Shown here: positions 10,392 to 21,577 of the stretch, one piece after another
How the letters are laid out: every line of letters begins with the position of its first letter
Numbering within the stretch: the first letter of the stretch is position 1
Origin: an uncultured Erysipelotrichaceae bacterium
Lineage (GTDB): Bacteria > Bacillota_I > Bacilli_A > RF39 > UBA660
Assembly (NCBI GenBank): GCA_902797995.1
Contig: CADBUX010000004.1
Coordinates: forward strand, 1 to 52,083
Direction of reading: 5' to 3'
DNA: 52,083 nucleotides
Made by a program: the position numbers and the translations under genes
Notes under the pieces: model-generated
Databases searched by the model: none
The model's input: the letters and a program-made list of their open reading frames with translations, nothing else
Told to the model about the DNA's origin: nothing

Positions 10392-13073
10392 CTATTTAGT
10401 CTTTTTATCACTGGAATTAATGCTCAAAATTGCTTCATATACCCTCTTACAATTATCTTTATCAGTATAGCAGAAAAACTTATCAACACGTTTTTTATAT
10501 TGTTCTTCCATAACACATTTATTTTCGATATATTTAACAATACTATCTACAGAAGATTTTAAATCGTGACAAACTGGACCAAATCCACTTTTTTCATAAC
10601 TAAAATGATCAGTATTTGTATAAATATGCCCAGAAAAGAAAGAATCAGCATCAAATTGTGTATAAACAACAGGTTTCTTCAAATATGCAAAATCCATAGC
10701 TACACTAGAATAATCTGTAATAAGAACATTGCTCTTCTTAAACACAGAACTATAACTCGCAACGCCACTCTTAACTTCTATAGTATCATTTCCTTTAAAA
10801 AACACTTCACTTCCACAGAACGACGGGTGCATATAAAACTCACCCTTATATCCATACTTCTTCATTACTTTAATAAGCTTTTCATTATTAATTAAATCGT
10901 TATAAAACTTACAGTAATCACTGTTCTTTAACTTATCAGAAATAGGTCTTACGCCATTTGAATCCATTGGAGACGCTAATTCTTTACGCCAAGTAGGTAA
11001 AAAAGCTATTACTTTTTTGGGATCATCTTCAAGATAATCATATCTAGGAAATCCTAGCATTTTAACAACAGCTGTATCATAACGATAATTAAACTTCAAA
11101 AACTGATCATATTCATCTCTTCCAGCACAAACCAAAAGCTTTATGTTTTTTCTAATTTTTCCAAGCCAGCTGGATACATCTCCTTGAGTTATACCATGTT
11201 GTAAAAAAACAAAATCATAATTTGCAAAATCCCTCATGAATCTTTCTTTTTCGGAAAACAAATTAAAAACATACTCATCTATATGTGAAGAAATAATCTT
11301 ATCTGCACATAATACTTTCATTTTGTTAGAGAAAGAACCATATTTTAAAACTTTACCATATTGCCTCATTCTGTTATAATCCAAAGAATCTTTTCTAATT
11401 TGAAAATATACTCTTATATCATTATTATTTTGCTTACATAAATATTTAAACAAAGCCTCTCCATTATCTCCAGCCTCAATTGCTCTATCTGAAATAATCC
11501 AAATCTCTTTTTTCTTTAATGTGCGAGCAACCTTGGCTAACCATCTATATAGAATAATTCCTATTTGTTTTTGTTTTAATAAAGACAAATCATATCTAAA
11601 CTCAGATTTTAATCTATTTTTTAAATTATCCTTTAAAACATATATAATATTCCTTCTACATCTTAACAAATAACCATCTTTAGTATAACTGGAACTAGTA
11701 AATTTGACATTAAGTTTAGCCATTTTATCAGTAGATACTTTAACAGGAAATATTTCACCATTTTTATCTTTCATAGCAAATTGAATACTTACACCAACTT
11801 TAAGTGGTAATTCAAGTTCAAAACATTCCCCAGGTAAAATAACTTCACCCGCAAAATTGGTAACTTCAAAAGCCTTACAAGGAAACTTCTTAACTTCATG
11901 AAACTTATTGTTATATAAAACTCCAAGTTTGTAATCGTCTCCTAAAAAAATAAACTTATTGTATCCTTCGATATGAAGAATGCCACCATTAATTTCCAAT
12001 AGCTTAATAGTCACATTGTTTTTACTTTTAGCAGAAATAACAGGTTGATCTTTATAATAGAATATACTATCAACTCTTTTAAGTTTTTTAAAAACATCTT
12101 CATTATATTTTAAAGATAAAGCATACATTTTCCAAACTTGATTCATATTCTTTTGATTTACAATAATATCATCATCTATATCTTGTAATATTCTTATCAT
12201 TGCTTTACGATAATCTTCAACAACAGCATCATACATAGAAGCAGGAACTTTTTCCCTTAATCTCCATTGCATTTCATACATAGACATATATTGAAAATAT
12301 CGCAAAACTTTACCATATCTTTTTTTAGATTCATTAAAGAAATGATCGTGAAATACTTCAAAATTTTCTTTATACCAAGATATATTATCAAGTTTCATGT
12401 CCATTGCAGAATCTCCAGAATCTCTTTTCCTATATAAATAGACAGCATCCTTTAAAACACCATACTTTTTAACATCAATCATTATTTCAGATATATATTT
12501 AGCATCTTCACCAATTCTAAGCCTTGTATCAAATTCCTTGCCTTCAATTACTTCTTTTCTAAACACCACATCATGAACACTCATTTGTATATAATCATAA
12601 TCTTCTTCAATATTTACAATCTTATTTTCAGTATATTTATAATCAAGAGGATGTATAAAACCAATTCTTCTACCAAACATATAATGCCTACAAGCAATAA
12701 AAGGAACATCAGGATTTTTCTCCATAAAATCTCTTATTACTTTAAAAGCTTTTGTATCCCATTTATCATCACTATCAAAAAAGTTAATATATTTACCCGT
12801 GGCATATTTAACACCAGTATTACGAGCAGCACTAACACCAGCATTCTTTTGTTTTATATATATAATATTATCTGGGTATAAAGCACGATATTTCAAGCAT
12901 ATTTCTTCGCTATTATCAGGAGAACCATCATTAACCAAAATTATTTGTATATTGTCTTTAAAACCCACTGTCTGATTGATAACACTAGTTATACTTTCAT
13001 CCAAAAATTCTTCCACATTATAAATTGGCATAATGACAGAGAATAAAAAATCTTTTTTACCATTCTTTTCCAT
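10392..13073 (-). CDS. Bifunctional GT2 glycosyltransferase / CDP-glycerol glycerophosphotransferase (TagF family)
   Basis: N-terminal SVIMPIYNVE..VNDGSPD..FFDSDD; C-terminal GDNGE, FLQHG, GFPRYD, PTWR, ITDYSSV. Confidence 0.9.
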   Translation of the reverse strand: MEKNGKKDFLFSVIMPIYNVEEFLDESITSVINQTVGFKDNIQIILVNDGSPDNSEEICLKYRALYPDNIIYIKQKNAGVSAARNTGVKYATGKYINFFDSDDKWDTKAFKVIRDFMEKNPDVPFIACRHYMFGRRIGFIHPLDYKYTENKIVNIEEDYDYIQMSVHDVVFRKEVIEGKEFDTRLRIGEDAKYISEIMIDVKKYGVLKDAVYLYRKRDSGDSAMDMKLDNISWYKENFEVFHDHFFNESKKRYGKVLRYFQYMSMYEMQWRLREKVPASMYDAVVEDYRKAMIRILQDIDDDIIVNQKNMNQVWKMYALSLKYNEDVFKKLKRVDSIFYYKDQPVISAKSKNNVTIKLLEINGGILHIEGYNKFIFLGDDYKLGVLYNNKFHEVKKFPCKAFEVTNFAGEVILPGECFELELPLKVGVSIQFAMKDKNGEIFPVKVSTDKMAKLNVKFTSSSYTKDGYLLRCRRNIIYVLKDNLKNRLKSEFRYDLSLLKQKQIGIILYRWLAKVARTLKKKEIWIISDRAIEAGDNGEALFKYLCKQNNNDIRVYFQIRKDSLDYNRMRQYGKVLKYGSFSNKMKVLCADKIISSHIDEYVFNLFSEKERFMRDFANYDFVFLQHGITQGDVSSWLGKIRKNIKLLVCAGRDEYDQFLKFNYRYDTAVVKMLGFPRYDYLEDDPKKVIAFLPTWRKELASPMDSNGVRPISDKLKNSDYCKFYNDLINNEKLIKVMKKYGYKGEFYMHPSFCGSEVFFKGNDTIEVKSGVASYSSVFKKSNVLITDYSSVAMDFAYLKKPVVYTQFDADSFFSGHIYTNTDHFSYEKSGFGPVCHDLKSSVDSIVKYIENKCVMEEQYKKRVDKFFCYTDKDNCKRVYEAILSINSSDKKTK

Positions 13074-13089
13074 TTATAATGACCTCCTT

Positions 13090-14712
13090 CTACTTAAGTA
13101 TTTTATCATTTTTTAAATGTTCTATAATTCTTTCAGAATTCTTACCATCATGAAATTCAACAATTTCTCTATACTTTTCAATATATTCTTTCTTTTGAGA
13201 TTTCATATAATTAGCAGAAAAAGCTTTCTCTAATTCTTTTTTATTAAAACAAACATCCCCATATACATTATCAAGATTAAGCATTAGATGAGCATTGCCT
13301 CCATAATGTTTCATACATTCATCTTTTTCTTCCCAGTAAAATATTACTTTTGAACCTCTATAAAAAGCATCGTAAGCAATAGAAGAATAATCAGTAATAA
13401 GTAAATCGCAAGTTTTTAAAACATCATCATATGTTATATCATCAGAGACCATATATTTAGATAATTCATTCTTATTGTCACTTATAACCTTTTTCATAAG
13501 AGGATGAGGAAGCACAATGAGTTTATCTTTATACTTCTCTGGGACTGAATCAACCATTCGCTTAATCATTTTATAATAATTAGTTTTAGCAAAATCTATA
13601 CTAGCGAGATTAGTTTCCCATCTTCTCCAAGTTGGCATAATAACTATTTTATCAGCATTATCATATCTCATACATTTGTCAAATTTAGCAAGACCAGTAA
13701 CATAAAGTTCATCATCACTGAAACCTCCCAAATCAATAAAATGTTGCTTTTCAAGAGAAGAAGAAACAACTACCTTATACATATTATAATTATTATTTCT
13801 AAAACCACTTCTCATATCAGCATCTAAAGAAACCATATACATTACACCATGTTGTAAAAAAACATACTTAATTTTAGAACTATTAACCTTTTTAGATACA
13901 ATTCTATTTGAGGCTCTAAGCTGTATAGCATGACCAATAGTCTCAGTTCCCACAAACTTATTACACTTAAAAAAATAAATTAAATGCTTCAAACTACCCT
14001 TATCAATAATATTTTTCTTGTATTTAGCATCAATAGTTTTATATTTTGGATTTCTTTTATTCATAATATAATATACATTATTATATCCTAAATCTATTAT
14101 CTTTTCATAAAGAACACTTGCACTTTCCTCATATCTATCACATTCTTTTTCATACATAAGAACGAGGTTAGGCTTATAAACAAAATGTGATAAAAACTTA
14201 GCTTTCTTTAAAAGTCTGATTCCATCTCTAAAATCATAAATATTACTTTCCCTAACCGTTAAATACATAGTATTAAAAACAGTTTGCCTCAAATAGATAG
14301 AAGTATTATTTATTCCAATGACTTTGCTTGTTTTATGTTTTCCCTTTTTTAAGTCAAAAGCATTATAAACAATCCTACCAAAATACTTATCTTTATAATT
14401 AACAATAAGCTTATTTTGAATGTCCAATTTCAAAACTCTATCCAAATCAAGAACTATTTTATATAAATTAAATCTATATCCCTTTACAAATGGAAGACCT
14501 TTTGCATATCTAAAATTAATATCAACTTGATATGGAACATCATCTTCACCAGTAATGTCAAGTTTTACCTTGCTTAAATCAAGTATCTCTTTACTCCTAG
14601 TTAATTTAGTAAAACCACATCCCTTAATAATAATTTTATTATCTTTTTTCTTAAAACTTCTATAAAGATTTATTATTAAAGGAACAGGTTTTGATTTATA
14701 ATCATCTTTCAT
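13090..14712 (-). CDS. CDP-glycerol glycerophosphotransferase family protein (TagB/TagF-like)
   Basis: FLQHGV, TGLAKFD, MPTWRR, LITDYSSIAYD. Confidence 0.85.
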   Translation of the reverse strand: MKDDYKSKPVPLIINLYRSFKKKDNKIIIKGCGFTKLTRSKEILDLSKVKLDITGEDDVPYQVDINFRYAKGLPFVKGYRFNLYKIVLDLDRVLKLDIQNKLIVNYKDKYFGRIVYNAFDLKKGKHKTSKVIGINNTSIYLRQTVFNTMYLTVRESNIYDFRDGIRLLKKAKFLSHFVYKPNLVLMYEKECDRYEESASVLYEKIIDLGYNNVYYIMNKRNPKYKTIDAKYKKNIIDKGSLKHLIYFFKCNKFVGTETIGHAIQLRASNRIVSKKVNSSKIKYVFLQHGVMYMVSLDADMRSGFRNNNYNMYKVVVSSSLEKQHFIDLGGFSDDELYVTGLAKFDKCMRYDNADKIVIMPTWRRWETNLASIDFAKTNYYKMIKRMVDSVPEKYKDKLIVLPHPLMKKVISDNKNELSKYMVSDDITYDDVLKTCDLLITDYSSIAYDAFYRGSKVIFYWEEKDECMKHYGGNAHLMLNLDNVYGDVCFNKKELEKAFSANYMKSQKKEYIEKYREIVEFHDGKNSERIIEHLKNDKILK

Positions 14713-14738
14713 AATGCCTCCTTCAACTGTTTATCCCC

Positions 14739-15983
14739 TTATTTAAATATTTCAGAAACTACTCTTTCAGTAGCCTTACCATCTTCTAAATAAGTGAATT
14801 TATTATTAAACTTCTTATACTTATCATTATATCTAAAATTATTACTTTTTTCTATAACCTTAACTAGATCTTCCTCTTTTTGAACAATTTCTCCCGGAAG
14901 CTCATGTAAATCTATATAAAAATCCCTTAATTTGCTTTTATAATTATCAAGATCATACATATAAAAAATAATAGGTCTTTTAAGTATAGAATAATCAAAA
15001 AATACCGAAGAGTAATCAGTAATCAATAAATCACTTATAACATACAAATCATTTATATCACTATAATTGCTTACATCATAAACAAAATCTTTATACTTAT
15101 CAAAATTAAAACTATTTGCTACAAAGTAATGAGCTCTAAACAATATAATATATTCATTACTTAACTCATCCTTCAAATAATCAAAATTAACTGGAGACTC
15201 ATAAACGTAACCTACACCACTTTCATGTTGATCATCTCTCCATGTTGGAGCATATAAAATAACTTTCTTTTTTGAAGGGATTCCTAAGTTTTTCTTTATA
15301 CTTTTAACATCAGAACTATTAAAATTAGAAAGAAAATCATTTCTAGGATATCCCTTTTCTATAATTTTTACTTTCTTATTACAATTATCTAAATTAAAAG
15401 CACTCTTATACTTTTCCGTAACAAACTTCGAAGGAGATACCATGTAATCATACTTAATAGCATCGGATTGATACTTATGTCTTATATCTTTAACACTATT
15501 CATTGCGTTACCTCCGGTAACCTCAATATCAAAACCAAGTTTTTTAAGCGGAGTACCGTGCCAACATTGAATATATTTTTGTCCATTTTTCTTTTTCAAA
15601 TCATAATAAACCCTAGAATTACTAATCCAATATCCTGCCATAGCATAATATCTAAAATAATCATTACTTCTATATTTTAAAACTTTCGTATTTCTATTAT
15701 TCTCCAAAAATTTATATTCGTCTGGAGTATTAAAAAACCATATAAAACTATAAGAGCTAAAACGTTTATCATTAATCATATACTCATAAATTGCCCTTGG
15801 ACTATCTGCATATTTAGAACCTATAAAAGATTCAAAAACAATAAGTTTTTCATCAGGTTTCAAGAATCTAAATCTATAATATTTAATACGCTTATATAAA
15901 CTATCAATTTTTCTAAATAAAGACATAAAAAAGTGATGTTTCTTTGCAATATTAAGTAGCACCTTTCTAATTCTTTGATTCAC
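14739..15983 (-). CDS. CDP-glycerol:poly(glycerophosphate) glycerophosphotransferase (TagF-like)
   Basis: FESF, QCWHGTPLKK, GYPRND, YAPTWRD, FRAHY, ITDYSSVFFD. Confidence 0.9.
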   Translation of the reverse strand: MNQRIRKVLLNIAKKHHFFMSLFRKIDSLYKRIKYYRFRFLKPDEKLIVFESFIGSKYADSPRAIYEYMINDKRFSSYSFIWFFNTPDEYKFLENNRNTKVLKYRSNDYFRYYAMAGYWISNSRVYYDLKKKNGQKYIQCWHGTPLKKLGFDIEVTGGNAMNSVKDIRHKYQSDAIKYDYMVSPSKFVTEKYKSAFNLDNCNKKVKIIEKGYPRNDFLSNFNSSDVKSIKKNLGIPSKKKVILYAPTWRDDQHESGVGYVYESPVNFDYLKDELSNEYIILFRAHYFVANSFNFDKYKDFVYDVSNYSDINDLYVISDLLITDYSSVFFDYSILKRPIIFYMYDLDNYKSKLRDFYIDLHELPGEIVQKEEDLVKVIEKSNNFRYNDKYKKFNNKFTYLEDGKATERVVSEIFK

Positions 15984-17091
15984 TATTATAAACTCCTTTC
16001 TCTAATATAAAATTAGCTATATTATCAGTAATATCTCCTTTAATACTTACAACATATTTGTTTTTGAACTTTTCTAATAAAGAATAATTATATTTTTGAC
16101 TATCTAAACAATTATACAAATCACTAGCATCCTTAAAAACATAACCTTTAAATTCATTTTCCAAATTCATATTTATTCCAGGATTATTTTTATAATCATC
16201 TAAATCATATACATACAAATATATAGGCTTATCAATAGCAGCAGCTTCAATCATCATACCAGAGTAATCCGTAATAATATAATCCGCAACTGGTAAAAGA
16301 GAAAAACTATTAAATTCATTGCAAATATACAATCCATCTTGAGGATCTATTTGAACATTCATTCTAGGATGTTTTTTAATAATTAAAACATACTTTTCTA
16401 AATCTATACTACTTATAAGTTCGTTAATTTTATAATTATCATTATCCCTAAAAGTAGGAATATATAAAATAATTTTTTTATTCTTTAATTTGGGATAAAT
16501 AGAATAAACTTTATCTTTCATCGAATCATAATTACTAATTAAATAATCCACTCTAGGAAGGCCAAAAGGATACAGTTTATCTTCTTCATAGCCAAATGCT
16601 TTAGAATAATACTTAATCATTCCCTTACTACAACCATTTACATAATCATAATTTTTATGCATTTTCATTATTTCCGCAATTCTCTTATCTCTAGAAGAAT
16701 ACAAAGTTTGATATCCAAATTTCTTTATTGCGCCCAAAGAATGCCACAATTGCACAATTATTAACCTTTTCTTGTGATTTAAAACGCTAACAGCAATATT
16801 ATATCCATCAGTTATACATACTTTACTGGTAGCCATATGATACATTTGCCTAAGAAGTATAATAGAACTCTTCAAAATAGCAACTACATTTTTGGTAGCT
16901 CTCTTTGTAACAAACACTACTTTTACATCTTTATCTAATTCGTTTATTTTTTTAGCTAACATCAACAAATCAAGCGATGGTTTATCAGATTGTCTACTAA
17001 CAAATACTATTTTATTTTTAATAGGAAAAAGCTTTAGAAAAAAATATATAAACTTTAATAAAAAAACATAAAGATATAAAAACAAATACAT
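15967..17091 (-). CDS. TagB/TarB-like glycerophosphotransferase (putative primase)
   Basis: VSRQS, QLWHSLGAIKKFG, GLPRVD, PTFRD, ITDYS. Confidence 0.82.
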   Translation of the reverse strand: MYLFLYLYVFLLKFIYFFLKLFPIKNKIVFVSRQSDKPSLDLLMLAKKINELDKDVKVVFVTKRATKNVVAILKSSIILLRQMYHMATSKVCITDGYNIAVSVLNHKKRLIIVQLWHSLGAIKKFGYQTLYSSRDKRIAEIMKMHKNYDYVNGCSKGMIKYYSKAFGYEEDKLYPFGLPRVDYLISNYDSMKDKVYSIYPKLKNKKIILYIPTFRDNDNYKINELISSIDLEKYVLIIKKHPRMNVQIDPQDGLYICNEFNSFSLLPVADYIITDYSGMMIEAAAIDKPIYLYVYDLDDYKNNPGINMNLENEFKGYVFKDASDLYNCLDSQKYNYSLLEKFKNKYVVSIKGDITDNIANFILEKGVYNSESKN

Positions 17092-17137
17092 AATATCACC
17101 AAAACATATCCTTTCATTTTTATTATATCATACAAAC

Positions 17138-17168
17138 AAAAAAAACTAAACTTATTAAAAGTTTAGTT
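17138..17168 (-). terminator. Intrinsic terminator of lysS
   Basis: aactaaactt/aagtttagtt inverted repeat plus T-run. Confidence 0.7.
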
Positions 17169-17170
17169 AA

Positions 17171-18885
<1,715 letters not shown>

Positions 18886-18904
18886 CGCATTTAATTTATC
18901 ATTT

Positions 18905-19882
18905 TTATACATAATTGTCAAGCATCAAATTTAAAATATCAAAAAACTCACTTTCAGTTTTAGCAGTAGTAATCATACTTTTATATTTCTTAGCACCCTC
19001 TATTCCTCTTAAATACCAAAGAGCATTCGACCTTATTTCTAAAAGAGCACTTTTTTCGCCGTTATAGTTTTTCAATAATTCATAATGCTTTTTTATCATA
19101 TTTATTTTATCACCAGAACTAGGAGTATCTATAATATCTCCTTTTTCCAAATACTCATTACACTCTTTAATAAACCAAGGATTACCAAGTAAAGCCCTGC
19201 CTATCATAACAGCATCACAACCTGTCTCATCAAGCATTCTCTTAGCATCATAAACAGTCTTAACATCACCATTTCCGATAACAGGTATAGAAACAGCACC
19301 TTTAACAAGTTTAATTATATTCCAATCAGCACTGCCACCATAGCCTTGGCTTCTAGTTCTACCATGTACTGCTATTGCGCTTGCTCCAGCTTTTTCGCAA
19401 ACTCTAGCCACCTCAACAGCATTTATACTTTCACTGTCCCAACCACTTCTTATCTTAACAGTAACAGGAATATCAACAGAATTAACAACAGAAGATACTA
19501 TATCACAAACTTTATCTAAATCTTTTAAAAGAGCACTTCCTGCGTGACCTTTTATAGCAACTTTAGGAACGGGACATCCCATATTAATATCAATAATTGC
19601 AGGATGAAACCTATCTTCAATTATTTTAGCAGCCTTCCCCATAGTAACAGAATCACTACCAAATATCTGAATAGCAATAGGCACATTAATATCTTCTATC
19701 CCATTAAGCATATCAAAAGTCTTTTTATTATTTCTAACAATAGCCTCACTACTTATAAGTTCAGTAATAGCATATCCAAGCCCCATTTCTTCACATATCT
19801 TAAAATAAGCAGGATTAGAAACACCTGCCATCGGAGCCAAAATAACTTTATTCTGTATTTCAATATTTCCTATTTTAAACAA
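18905..19882 (-). CDS. dusB: tRNA-dihydrouridine synthase DusB
   Basis: LAPMAGVS, DINMGCPVPKV, VHGRTR, GNGDV, VMIGR; dusB-lysS synteny. Confidence 0.93.
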   Translation of the reverse strand: MFKIGNIEIQNKVILAPMAGVSNPAYFKICEEMGLGYAITELISSEAIVRNNKKTFDMLNGIEDINVPIAIQIFGSDSVTMGKAAKIIEDRFHPAIIDINMGCPVPKVAIKGHAGSALLKDLDKVCDIVSSVVNSVDIPVTVKIRSGWDSESINAVEVARVCEKAGASAIAVHGRTRSQGYGGSADWNIIKLVKGAVSIPVIGNGDVKTVYDAKRMLDETGCDAVMIGRALLGNPWFIKECNEYLEKGDIIDTPSSGDKINMIKKHYELLKNYNGEKSALLEIRSNALWYLRGIEGAKKYKSMITTAKTESEFFDILNLMLDNYV

Positions 19883-19889
19883 AATACCA

Positions 19890-20387
19890 CTACCTTTTTA
19901 AAACTTTGCCATAATTTATAAGAACATCTCTATAACCATTAGTAATAACATAATCATCGGCATATACATAATCATATCCAACGGGTGTATAATCGATATC
20001 TTCAACGATTTCAGAAACAACCTCAAATCGACCATCTATAGAATCTACTTTCAAAACCTTATAATCATAATCAAACTCTCTACCTTGACAAACGACATCA
20101 TCAATATCATCTATTTTTTCATAATGACTACCAGTTTCAATAATTCCATCAGAGGTTTCCATAAACTCACAAACTTCTGCTTCATAGTAATTACGTGTGA
20201 CATTTCTTAAGTCTTCAATAGGAACAATATTATTTTCATCCAAAAAATCATAAAAATCCTTATTACGAATTTCTTCATATTTATCAGAAATAACATCACA
20301 TGATAACATCAAACTAGAATTAGCAATTATCATAGCACTTAGTGCATAACATTTTAAATTCTTAATTTTCATAACATTCATCTCCAA
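19890..20387 (-). CDS. Hypothetical acidic protein, possible lipoprotein
   Basis: Basic N-terminus, weak hydrophobic stretch, lipobox-like LMLS-C; start may be the ATG at 20372; TTGACT..TGaTATTAT promoter-like sequence upstream. Confidence 0.55.
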   Translation of the reverse strand: MEMNVMKIKNLKCYALSAMIIANSSLMLSCDVISDKYEEIRNKDFYDFLDENNIVPIEDLRNVTRNYYEAEVCEFMETSDGIIETGSHYEKIDDIDDVVCQGREFDYDYKVLKVDSIDGRFEVVSEIVEDIDYTPVGYDYVYADDYVITNGYRDVLINYGKVLKR

Positions 20388-20442
20388 ACGTAAAATAATA
20401 ATATCATTATTTTTTCAAAAGTCAAGAAAAAAAGACCTATTA

Positions 20443-21516
20443 TTATTTAAAAGCCTTTTTATCGTCTTTTTTTTCCATAATCAATTCTGGAAAGTATAAG
20501 CTAATATATTCATGAAAGCTCGGAATGCATTCACAAAGTTTAATTACAGTACTACTCCTATCTGCTATCCTATTTAAATTACTTCTCAAAAACTCAATTA
20601 ATTTTTCATCTTTAACTACATAACGTTCATTATTATAATTCAAAACCGAAACACCAACTTGTTTACTTCCTTCGCCTCTTTTTTTTGATAGATATATTGG
20701 AAGACCTGATAAACCAAGCAAAAAATTACTATAAGTTTTAAATAAATCAATTGTTTCCATCTTAACAGGAATCGTATACTTATTTCTTAAGGCATTTCTT
20801 TCGGATTCAGTATTAGTTTTTAATAACTCATTAAGATAAAGCAATCTTAACAAATGATAACGATGCATTCCATTTTCTGAAATAAGAGCCCCGCCATTTT
20901 CAAGTTCAGTTATAACTATAGGTTCCTTATTAAAAGACGAATACAATCCAGACATTATATTGTCAGAAGAATAAGCTAACATTGTATCAGCTCTGTTATT
21001 ATAATTTATAATTTTATCAGTATTTCTAGAAAAATAAAGATTTAGATTATTAACGATATTATCGCTGTCATAATTAGCAGGCTCTGACACAATACCAACT
21101 ATATCTGATATACTTTTTTTGGTAAAAACAGGATCATTATATATAATATATCTTGAAATAATAGAATAATAATTATAAATATTATATACATGCGCCTCAG
21201 CCATTTTAGATATTTCATGTACATCTATTTTATTTTTCTTAAAAAAATCATTTATATTATCTACTACATATTCATTATAAAATTTATCAAAATCACCATT
21301 ATAATTGGTCTGACAAAATGAAAAAACATATTTATTAATAAAATGATTAACAGAAACGTTTTTTCCATTTCTTAAAAAAATAGTATCTGCATCACCAATT
21401 TTTGGTAAAACATATTTTTCTATATATTGATCTGCCGAAATAGAACTTCCGTCAGGTAATAATAAAATACGTTTTTTTACAAAAGGATTAACAAAAAATG
21501 ATTTTAATGCTTCCAT
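20443..21516 (-). CDS. Hypothetical protein with putative ParB/sulfiredoxin-like domain
   Basis: EPIVI..ALISENGMHRYHLL..IPV pattern; RBS GGTGA and TGTGATATACT extended -10 upstream. Confidence 0.6.
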   Translation of the reverse strand: MEALKSFFVNPFVKKRILLLPDGSSISADQYIEKYVLPKIGDADTIFLRNGKNVSVNHFINKYVFSFCQTNYNGDFDKFYNEYVVDNINDFFKKNKIDVHEISKMAEAHVYNIYNYYSIISRYIIYNDPVFTKKSISDIVGIVSEPANYDSDNIVNNLNLYFSRNTDKIINYNNRADTMLAYSSDNIMSGLYSSFNKEPIVITELENGGALISENGMHRYHLLRLLYLNELLKTNTESERNALRNKYTIPVKMETIDLFKTYSNFLLGLSGLPIYLSKKRGEGSKQVGVSVLNYNNERYVVKDEKLIEFLRSNLNRIADRSSTVIKLCECIPSFHEYISLYFPELIMEKKDDKKAFK

Positions 21517-21577
21517 ACTATCACCATCACTATTTTATATTAACAGTATATCACATTAAATCTAAAAAAAAAAGAGA

